From positions 3,210,001 to 3,242,000 of the forward strand of contig CP104013.1 of NCBI GenBank assembly GCA_025839675.1: 32,000 nucleotides of DNA. The letters run 5' to 3'. The notes under the pieces were generated by a model, which did not search any database, had not been told where the DNA came from, and was given only the letters and a program-made list of their open reading frames with translations. The stretch is from Candidatus Lokiarchaeum ossiferum (GTDB lineage Archaea; Asgardarchaeota; Lokiarchaeia; Sigyniarchaeales; Promethearchaeaceae). This document shows positions 18,103-25,403 of the stretch, in pieces (the stretch's first letter is position 1; every line of letters begins with the position of its first letter). A program made the translations under genes and the position numbers.

Positions 18103-18285
18103 ATGAGATTAATAACAGTTCACTTGCCGGAAGCTTATCTTGCTGGAATTGACAAATTAGTTACAAATGAAGCCTACCCCAACCGATCTGAAACCATCAG
18201 AGTAGCCGTTCGTGATTTGCTCAAAGCTGAATTAGGTGGATTTATAAGATATGAAACGAAAGAAGTTCCAGATCTTCTGAATTAA
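18103..18285 (+). CDS. ribbon-helix-helix (CopG/CdrS-like) DNA-binding protein, 60 aa
   Basis: MRLITVHLPEAYLAGIDKLVTNEAYPNRSETIRVAVRDLLKAE is a classic RHH pattern. It is a paralog of the 16318..16467 product. Confidence 0.8.
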   Translation: MRLITVHLPEAYLAGIDKLVTNEAYPNRSETIRVAVRDLLKAELGGFIRYETKEVPDLLN

Positions 18286-18391
18286 GCGTTTTTTTTTCTT
18301 TGTTTATTTCTAGATTTAATATGTCTATTACTTGGCAATCTTTATATTTATCTAGAACATTATACAAACCAGAAAGAAGTGAGAAATATCT

Positions 18392-18838
18392 ATGAAGCAA
18401 TGGCAGATAACAGTAAAAATTGCAGATGAACCCAAAGAGGATCTTATATTAGCAGATATTAATGAATTTTTAGAAGGATATCTTACTGTCCATCGGAATT
18501 TCTTTGATGAATTACTTAATATCGTGAAGATGATCAAAAAATATGTAATTGGCAAAGGAATTGAAAAAATTTTGGGCCCTGATAAAAAGGATTGGACACA
18601 TAATTCTTGGGTTTTAGTAATGTTTAAAGATAACGAAAAAAATATCCCGTTTTGGTTATTATTAAAACGCGAAAAAGATTTAAACGGAAATTTAGTCGCT
18701 ATTGGGCCTGAAAAATTTGTCGATTATTGTAAAAAATCAACGGATCCAGATGATGAAATTAAGAAATTAATGGAATATATTGTTGCTTATCCTCAAAAGT
18801 TCAAGGTTTCCATAATAATTCCTAATTTTGTTGAATAA
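18392..18838 (+). CDS. hypothetical protein
   Basis: 148 aa soluble ORF, 106 nt downstream of and co-directional with the RHH gene. No motif recognised. Confidence 0.45.
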   Translation: MKQWQITVKIADEPKEDLILADINEFLEGYLTVHRNFFDELLNIVKMIKKYVIGKGIEKILGPDKKDWTHNSWVLVMFKDNEKNIPFWLLLKREKDLNGNLVAIGPEKFVDYCKKSTDPDDEIKKLMEYIVAYPQKFKVSIIIPNFVE

Positions 18839-18842
18839 TTTT

Positions 18843-19211
18843 TTATCTTCTATATTCTCTTTCATAAAATCCTCGAGATTTGTGTTTTCCAAAAGACAAT
18901 AAACCTTCGGATTCTAACCGGGTTCGAAACTCCAGCGCTTGATCATAAGATATTTCACCATTATTCTCTAAATAATCAATAATCTCAATAGCTTGTTCAT
19001 TTGTTGAACATCTTCTAATGAAATCAATTGCAGTTGGATCTTTTGGTTTTTGGGGGTTTTGTCGAATACCAGAAATTGGTACTGTCGCTTTTTTATTACT
19101 TTCCAACATTTCAGATGCCAAATTGGGTAACGAAGTAACAAATTCCTCTTTTTCATATTCTACTGTCAACTTATCATCAGAAAGCGTAGCTCTCGATTTA
19201 TTTTTATTCAT
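18843..19211 (-). CDS. hypothetical protein (conserved-archaeal-looking, family not assigned)
   Basis: 122 aa. The helical C-terminal part is EQAIEIIDYLENNGEISYDQALEFRTRLESEGLLSFG, with a basic tail (GFYEREYRR). It is co-directional with thyX, 52 nt downstream of it. Confidence 0.5.
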   Translation of the reverse strand: MNKNKSRATLSDDKLTVEYEKEEFVTSLPNLASEMLESNKKATVPISGIRQNPQKPKDPTAIDFIRRCSTNEQAIEIIDYLENNGEISYDQALEFRTRLESEGLLSFGKHKSRGFYEREYRR

Positions 19212-19263
19212 AATATCTCACTAAAAATAAAAGAAAACCCAAATTTTATTTTTTTGGGAAAAC

Positions 19264-20178
19264 TCAATCATTTTTTTTTTTTAGGTAATCTAATGAAATA
19301 GAATCACCCATTAATGTGCGAATCTTATCCTTAAACTCGATTTTTTCTAACTCAGCTAACGATGGTGTTTTATTTTTATCAAAATATTCTGATACTTTTT
19401 CATTTATGTCAATATTTGCTTCGGACAATATTTTTTTGAGAACATTCAATTCAGGAAAAGAAAAATGCAAAGAGTTTTTCATATAATCCCGCCATGCTTG
19501 AATCGTTATCGGAAAAAATTTTTCAGCCATTTCTACCATTGCTTCTGCATACTCGCGGATCTCAAATTGCGCGTGAGAATCGGTTCGAAGTGTTAAGAAA
19601 TTGAGCAAATTTCTAAGGTCTGATTTATAGCAAAAGGTAGTATATAAAGAAAGAGGTAAATTAATTCGTGCAATTTCTCTCGCCACACCTCTTTCTAAAT
19701 AATTATTATACTTTTTTAATAAATCGTTAGCATCAGAATTAAATTCATCTCGTATTAACTCAGAATCGTTGAGAACAGTTCCAGTTCTCGCTTGTCTATT
19801 CCTTCTATCTTGAGTAGTAATCCATTCAGATTTTGGAACATAATACTCATCAGTTGCCTCAGAGTATCGCAAACTAACTTCATTATAGGACCCTGTTCTA
19901 TGTCTAAACCATTGTCGCGCCACAAAAAGTGGACAACGAATTCTAAAAACCAGCTCTCCAAATTCTAATGGACCAGAATGTTGATGTCTCATTAAATATC
20001 TGATTAGCTGTTTGGTTGAAGATACTTTTTTTGTCCCTTTATCATAGGATGTGCGCGCAGCATTTACAATAGCTTGATCAGAACCAAGTACATCTACGAG
20101 TTCAACAAATCCATGGTCAAGAATGTTTTTTACTTGTAATAATTCTCCTTTTTTTTCCATCGAGATCAACTTATTCAT
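19264..20178 (-). CDS. thyX: flavin-dependent thymidylate synthase ThyX
   Basis: The ThyX signature RHRxxSxxxxSxR is present as RHRTGSYNEVSLRYS. The N-terminal region HGFVELVDVLGSDQAIVNAARTSY is typical. The protein is 304 aa, with a C-terminal extension relative to minimal ThyX. Confidence 0.9.
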   Translation of the reverse strand: MNKLISMEKKGELLQVKNILDHGFVELVDVLGSDQAIVNAARTSYDKGTKKVSSTKQLIRYLMRHQHSGPLEFGELVFRIRCPLFVARQWFRHRTGSYNEVSLRYSEATDEYYVPKSEWITTQDRRNRQARTGTVLNDSELIRDEFNSDANDLLKKYNNYLERGVAREIARINLPLSLYTTFCYKSDLRNLLNFLTLRTDSHAQFEIREYAEAMVEMAEKFFPITIQAWRDYMKNSLHFSFPELNVLKKILSEANIDINEKVSEYFDKNKTPSLAELEKIEFKDKIRTLMGDSISLDYLKKKND

Positions 20179-20209
20179 TCAATGTTTATTAGTAATTTAT
20201 GAATTCTTA

Positions 20210-21001
20210 TTAGATGATTAATACTGGTTCAGCTGTCTCGATAAAATAAAAATTATCTCTGGGGAACTCTAAAGATAGTATTTTCTGCAGATTTTCCATC
20301 CCATGTTTTTCACTTGAATAGTGCGATGCTGCAATTAGATTCAAGTCCATTTTTTTTGCTATTTGGGCTTCTTGATAAGTAAATTCACCAGAAATAATGG
20401 TGTTACAACCTGCTCGAATTATATCGATGAAATGACGGCTTTCAATTCCAGTGCCTCCTTTCACTAAAACCTTCTTAACAGTCTTCTTTGGGTTCCCAGC
20501 AATTTGTATAAAAGATAATCTTAAATTTCTTTTCAATGTGGTACATATTGATTCCACAGATGTATTCTCTTGGTATGGAAAACCGAATCTACCTAGAGAG
20601 TATGTTCTTTCATTTTTAGAAATTCGAAAAGTTCCTTCAATATTGATGCCCGCTTGTTTTGCTAAATTATCTGAAATTCCTCCCTTCGCATTGTGCCATG
20701 GTCGATGGATAACAAATAATTTAATATCGCTCAGTGAGAGTAATTTTATCTCATTGTAAATACCATCATTAAAATATGTCATTGACTGATCAGTTAGACC
20801 ATGATGCGAAATAATTATATGTGATTTAAGTTTTCGGGCTTTCATAATCACTTCTTTATCACACTCGAGTGATATTGCAATATTATGCAAATTTTGATCT
20901 TTCATTAGGGAACCGAATTGTAATCCATAAGTTTCATCACTAAATTCAAGATTTTTTGGTGCTAATTTTTCTAATTTTTCCTTCAACATTGAAAAAAGCA
21001 T
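20210..21001 (-). CDS. NIF3-family dinuclear-metal-centre protein (YbgI / 'GTP cyclohydrolase 1 type 2' family)
   Basis: 263 aa. N-terminal ETYGLQFGS, metal-ligand-type IISHHG and C-terminal AASHYSSEKHGM match the NIF3 pattern. It lies 31 nt upstream of thyX on the same strand. Confidence 0.8.
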   Translation of the reverse strand: MLFSMLKEKLEKLAPKNLEFSDETYGLQFGSLMKDQNLHNIAISLECDKEVIMKARKLKSHIIISHHGLTDQSMTYFNDGIYNEIKLLSLSDIKLFVIHRPWHNAKGGISDNLAKQAGINIEGTFRISKNERTYSLGRFGFPYQENTSVESICTTLKRNLRLSFIQIAGNPKKTVKKVLVKGGTGIESRHFIDIIRAGCNTIISGEFTYQEAQIAKKMDLNLIAASHYSSEKHGMENLQKILSLEFPRDNFYFIETAEPVLII

Positions 21002-21122
21002 AGTTACTTCTGATAGCGGATGTATTAATAAACCCCCACCAAGTAATTTTTTTAATTTTAAAATTAATAATCAAAAAACAAAATGGTTATAACAAGTTAA
21101 AAAGTACTTAGACTTGATACAT

Positions 21123-21542
21123 ATGAACGATCCCGAATGTTTATTTTGTAAAATTCTTGCTGGTGAGATCCCTAGTTACAAGGTTTTTGAATCAGAATTT
21201 ACCCTTGCTTTTTTAGATATTGCACCTGTAAGTGAAGGCCACACAGTTGTGATTCCTAAAAATCATTATTACAATCTTCTTGATATCCCAGAAAATGAGA
21301 TTCTACCATTTTTTAATGATTTAAAAACAGTTGCAAATCTTATCAAGACAAAACTTGGTTGTGAAGGATTTAATATTGTTCAAAATAATTTCCCTGCGGC
21401 GGGGCAGGTGATTCCTCACTTTCATTTTCACATTTGGCCTCGTATTTCAAGTGATAAACTCTCTCATTTTCAGCGAAATCCTGAAATTGCAAATAAGGAA
21501 GAGATTGAATCAGTTTTTAAGAAATTTACCAATGATTATTAA
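21123..21542 (+). CDS. HIT-family (histidine triad) nucleotide hydrolase/transferase
   Basis: CLFCKILAGEIP N-terminus and the histidine triad HFHFHIWPR. The ATG at 21123 is preferred to the TTG at 21114. Confidence 0.88.
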   Translation: MNDPECLFCKILAGEIPSYKVFESEFTLAFLDIAPVSEGHTVVIPKNHYYNLLDIPENEILPFFNDLKTVANLIKTKLGCEGFNIVQNNFPAAGQVIPHFHFHIWPRISSDKLSHFQRNPEIANKEEIESVFKKFTNDY

Positions 21543-21781
21543 AAACCAATAATCTTATTCTTTCGTAAAAACCAATTTGGAAGTTGAATCACCTGAGTTT
21601 CATCTAAAATTAACGAAAGATCATTTTTTACAATATATTTTGGCACAATTATTCTTCGTTTGAGAGTATCGACATAAATATGAAAAAATTTTGTATCAAT
21701 TTCTTTAATTTTACCATTAATTTGTGAATATTCTTCTCCGTACAATATCATAGTCAATAGCTTATCTTGAACATCCGACAA
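21539..21781 (-). CDS. hypothetical small protein
   Basis: 80 aa ORF, convergent with the HIT gene and overlapping its end by 4 nt. No motif recognised. Confidence 0.35.
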   Translation of the reverse strand: MSDVQDKLLTMILYGEEYSQINGKIKEIDTKFFHIYVDTLKRRIIVPKYIVKNDLSLILDETQVIQLPNWFLRKNKIIGF

Positions 21782-22059
21782 TAAAAAAAGGGAGAGGGTG
21801 ATGACTTTTTAAAATAAAAGGATGACCCTTTCATCCCAGATTTCTTCAATTTAGATATTTCCGAGTGGAATTTGAATAGATTTCAGCGTAACTATAAAAA
21901 GTCATAAATTAAACTTAAACTTAATTTCCAATTTTTTTTCTATCGTCATCAATCTATCCACTGATCGGTATCAGAACCACAAATCGTGTTCTTAAATATG
22001 GAAAGTAATAGGACTTTTTATATTTACTCTAAAAGATTTACATTCTGAGATTTAGAAAA

Positions 22060-24507
22060 TCAGAGAAAATTTTTGATTGAAAGTTGTTTAGGAAGACTTT
22101 GCCCGATAAATGGAAGATTACATTGTAATAACTGCATTTTTATCTCATTGGACAAGACAAATGGAACCATATTAACAAAAGCTCGCAATAAAAGTTCTTT
22201 ATACTTCCCAATATCATAATTCTTACCGCGTTCACGATAAATTTGAACAGGTAAAACTCGATCCATTTTATTAGGGGCACAATCATCTACAATAATAAAC
22301 GAGATTTTTTGTCCTGCTCCTAGCGGTAAACCCGCCATTTGTAAATGCTTGGCTGCTATTGCTTGATAGTTCAACACACTATATTGTTCTGGTCGACGAG
22401 TCAAACGAATATTTACTGCCAGATCATCAATACTAACGGTACCCGATTCTAAATATGCAACATATTTTTTAAACACAGGAATAATAGTCTGTTTCAACAG
22501 CTGATCAAAGTTATGCCTGTAAGAGGAAGAGCCAATAACACGCATTAATTCTTCTTGAAATTTTTTAATTAAAATAGGTGAATCATGCCTTCTAAGCTCT
22601 AAGCCTCGAACTTTTGCTTTTCCTGAAGGTTTTATCCCCCAATAACGATTAAGAGCACCAATTAATGGATCTGCTTTTGTTGGTAAAAAAGAAATAAACT
22701 GGAAGTAATCTTTCGTAGAATCATAAGAAATGGGAATATTTGTTCTTTGTGTGATTTCTTGAGTAATTTTTTGACATTCTGCATGAAAATTCTCCATACT
22801 CATTGATTGAGGGGATTGGACGTAGAGTGAATCAACAATTCCATGTAAGTAGTGAATTCCATGTTTTTCAACTATCTCCATACCATCTATCAGAAATTCT
22901 CGAGCATAAGCACAAACTGCTTGATGAGCCTCAATACGGCCAAATCGAGCATTTCGAAATCCAAGATATCCAAAGCAAACAACTAATATCCATTTCAGCG
23001 CAGTTTGCATTTGATCATATTTCTTTTTTATTCTTCCGTGGCTGGAAATTGCCAATTTTTTGTAATGCATGCGCTTAGTTAACGGGAGACGCAAGGAAAG
23101 AGGCACAACCCCAGTTCGTTTTTTACACGTATAATAAGATAATCCTGGAACTTTGATACCATCTTGCTTACAGCAAGGGCAATTTAAGGTTTCAGGAGAA
23201 ACATTATAAAAAACCATCAAGCTAGGATACATTGACGTGAAATCGAGTTCAGCAACCCGATCAAACATCCCAACTTGAGGGTTTAAAATGTGTCCCCCTC
23301 GATCTGAAAGCAAAAGATTCCATCCATTTCGGAAGATTTCTGCATTCTTTTTTTCCTCTGGAATTAAAATTCCTTGCTTAAAAGCGTGATAAAACTGAAT
23401 TGACTGAAGAGCTCCCCCAATAGTTATACGTGTAAGTCTCTGGAGAGTGATATATGAAATACGCGCGATCTCAACGATTCCATTAATATTTCCATCATCG
23501 AAATGCAAAGATCCCATGATGCTAGAATTAATGTGAAGCCTTCCATTCAAATAGAACTGATTTTTGCTTCGATGGATGATTTGTCCGTAAGAAAAATAGC
23601 TATCAGCACCATTCATCCTGAACCGGGTTGATTTTAAAGGAGTCGAATCCCGAGAAAGTGTGAATGAATTGATAAGATCCAAAAAAGAACAACGAGATAA
23701 CAAGTAAGGAAAAATAGTTTCATCACCCTTATGTGTAAAAATGACATCTGGATCGATACGCTTTATTGCAACTTGCAAGAATTCAAGAGTTTCATATTCT
23801 GAAGATTCTTGAATAATTATTTGTTGAGCACCATGTTCATCCTGGAAAATCATATCACGCGAAAATCTTAGAGAAAGATCGATAGGTGAACTATCGGGAT
23901 CTAATGTTAATTTTATACTATGGAGAGAATCAGAAGTGCTAGTCACAAAATTATGTGATTTCGATTGAATTTCCATCCAAATAATTCGTAATGGAGGAAG
24001 ATCATAGTCAATAGCTTCATTTGAATCAGCTAATTGTATAGAAGAAATAAACAATTGTGAGTTTTTTTTCTTGAAACCAACCCTGACTTTTCCAAATGGA
24101 AACAAATCTGTTGAATAAAAGAAGATCTGTACAAGAGGCAAATCTACATTGAACAGTTCAAAAATGTTCAACCTTCGAATCGTTTCTACTGTTTTTTTAA
24201 ACTTAAAAGGAGATTGAACAACTATTTTTAGACAAGGGGAGGGAATAATTGCTTCAGCTCTAATTCTGCGATCACATATATTAACTTCACAAATATCAGG
24301 ATGTGATCTGATCTGAGCTATTTTTTCTTGATATTTTTGTTCAGAAGATGGAGAAATACTAAAAGGAAAAGAAGCATAGAAAAAAGGATGAAAGGAACGA
24401 ATTCCTGCAATTACATCACCTGAAGGAAGTTTAAGCCAAATCTTAATTCCTTCTTTGTGGATTTGGGCATCCAAAATCCATGCATCATATAATTTTGAAG
24501 ATTTCAT
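22060..24507 (-). CDS. polB: family B DNA polymerase, divergent: exonuclease motifs lost, polymerase motifs B and C altered (PolB2/'inactivated PolB'-like)
   Basis: 815 aa, collinear by eye with archaeal PolB. The N-terminus is WILDAQIHKEG.., and motif A is intact (LDFTSMYPS). Motif B reads KWILVVCFGYLG instead of KxxxNSxYG, and motif C reads LHGIVDSL instead of YxDTDS. The Exo I position reads IIWMEI instead of FDIE, and Exo II reads KGDETIFPYL instead of NGDxFDxPYL. The Exo III region is largely absent. The C-terminal QLSIKNFL is a PIP box. Confidence 0.85.
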   Translation of the reverse strand: MKSSKLYDAWILDAQIHKEGIKIWLKLPSGDVIAGIRSFHPFFYASFPFSISPSSEQKYQEKIAQIRSHPDICEVNICDRRIRAEAIIPSPCLKIVVQSPFKFKKTVETIRRLNIFELFNVDLPLVQIFFYSTDLFPFGKVRVGFKKKNSQLFISSIQLADSNEAIDYDLPPLRIIWMEIQSKSHNFVTSTSDSLHSIKLTLDPDSSPIDLSLRFSRDMIFQDEHGAQQIIIQESSEYETLEFLQVAIKRIDPDVIFTHKGDETIFPYLLSRCSFLDLINSFTLSRDSTPLKSTRFRMNGADSYFSYGQIIHRSKNQFYLNGRLHINSSIMGSLHFDDGNINGIVEIARISYITLQRLTRITIGGALQSIQFYHAFKQGILIPEEKKNAEIFRNGWNLLLSDRGGHILNPQVGMFDRVAELDFTSMYPSLMVFYNVSPETLNCPCCKQDGIKVPGLSYYTCKKRTGVVPLSLRLPLTKRMHYKKLAISSHGRIKKKYDQMQTALKWILVVCFGYLGFRNARFGRIEAHQAVCAYAREFLIDGMEIVEKHGIHYLHGIVDSLYVQSPQSMSMENFHAECQKITQEITQRTNIPISYDSTKDYFQFISFLPTKADPLIGALNRYWGIKPSGKAKVRGLELRRHDSPILIKKFQEELMRVIGSSSYRHNFDQLLKQTIIPVFKKYVAYLESGTVSIDDLAVNIRLTRRPEQYSVLNYQAIAAKHLQMAGLPLGAGQKISFIIVDDCAPNKMDRVLPVQIYRERGKNYDIGKYKELLLRAFVNMVPFVLSNEIKMQLLQCNLPFIGQSLPKQLSIKNFL

Positions 24508-24578
24508 AATGTCACTTCATCTCAAATCATTTTACTTCTTCAAGTAAACAGTAACTTTCTAGTTTTGTTTTTCTTGCT

Positions 24579-25403
24579 TTATCGCATCAATTTTTTTGTA
24601 AAAAATGAATCCAAAGTAGTTGTTTGAGATTTAACACCACCCCGTGATGAATTTAACCTCCCCTTTTTTATTTCAGCAGGTTTCCAAGATCTTTGCACAT
24701 TATATGAATAAAAAGGATGTTGATCTAAAGAATATTCAATAAAACGTGGAAATTCTCGAACTCCAATTATAATATTGCTGAAATGTGAAAGTAATTTTCC
24801 TCCAGCAGGCCGATAATTTGACTTAGAATGACGAGGTCCTGTTAAAACGATGATTGGATTAGAATGCTGGGTAATACGTTTCAATCCCAAAAAAATCCGA
24901 TTTAAATCGTTATATGTTTTGATATTCAACAAATTTATCTGTGAGGATGAAACATTTTGAGAGAGATTTTCTTCGAACATCGATGTTAATCCAGCAACTA
25001 AGATTAAATCAATCTTTTCGTCAGTCTGAAGTATCAACTTCTCCTCCATCAATTCAACCATTTGATTCCAAGTAAAAGCCCGAGCAACGAGGATTTGCTG
25101 GAGAACAAATTCAGGATTAAGACCATTTGATATGGCCATCTTTGAAATCCAATATGGATTGAAACGGTTTTCTCCATCAACATATAATACACGATTCGAA
25201 GCTAATCCACCATCAACAGAAGATTTGAATGAATTCACAGCCGTTTTCATCAATATTACAGAAAGGTGTTGTTTGGCCCCATGTAGAAAATGAACCAGCC
25301 CTGGAAGAAATCCTCCTCCTAACAGTTTATTCAAAAAAATATCACCGCTGGACAATGAATGTTGTTTATTAATTTGGCTTAAATATTCAGATGCAGAAAT
25401 CAT
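24579..25403 (-). CDS. RadA/Rad51-superfamily paralog with degenerate Walker A and Walker B (predicted ATPase-dead)
   Basis: 274 aa. RadA/Rad51 landmarks are LNKLLGGGFLPGLVHFLHG (cf. LDxLLGGGIxxGxITExxG), RVLYVDGENRFNP (cf. YIDTEGTFRPER) and ILVARAFTWNQ (cf. YARAYNxxHQ). The P-loop position reads HGAKQHLS (no GxxGxGKT/S), and the Walker B position reads LILVAGLT (no Asp). Confidence 0.72.
   Translation of the reverse strand: MISASEYLSQINKQHSLSSGDIFLNKLLGGGFLPGLVHFLHGAKQHLSVILMKTAVNSFKSSVDGGLASNRVLYVDGENRFNPYWISKMAISNGLNPEFVLQQILVARAFTWNQMVELMEEKLILQTDEKIDLILVAGLTSMFEENLSQNVSSSQINLLNIKTYNDLNRIFLGLKRITQHSNPIIVLTGPRHSKSNYRPAGGKLLSHFSNIIIGVREFPRFIEYSLDQHPFYSYNVQRSWKPAEIKKGRLNSSRGGVKSQTTTLDSFFTKKLMR

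Noticed and set aside
18103-18838. RHH gene plus the downstream 148-aa gene as a type II toxin-antitoxin pair
   Set aside because: The genes are 106 nt apart rather than overlapping or abutting. The 148-aa product shows no PIN, RelE/ParE, MazF, HicA or Doc hallmarks, and the paralogous RHH at 16318 has no downstream partner at all.
19271-19282. 12-nt homopolymer (T12 on plus, A12 on the coding strand) inside the last codons of thyX (..YLKKKND*), considered as a slippage/phase-variation site
   Set aside because: It sits 2 codons from the stop, so a frameshift would barely change the protein. Long A/T runs are common throughout this window (e.g. 25727..25737, 27220..27230).
21795-21836. Possible C/D-box sRNA or k-turn element: AGGGTGATGAC...GGATGACCCT, with a GTGATGA C-box-like heptamer and a GGATGA/TCATCC hairpin
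   Set aside because: I found no D box (CTGA) at the appropriate 3' position and no D'/C' pair, and the terminal pairing is only 5 bp. It could equally be a small terminator or operator hairpin between polB and the 80-aa gene. A snoRNA-type covariance search would be needed.
22060-25403. PolB cassette as part of a mobile element (casposon, pipolin or other self-synthesising transposon)
   Set aside because: I saw no Cas1, integrase, terminal-protein-like gene or terminal inverted repeats. There is no flanking tRNA, and the composition is not visibly different from the flanking genes. The polymerase looks like an RNA/DNA-primed archaeal PolB with a PIP box rather than a protein-primed type.
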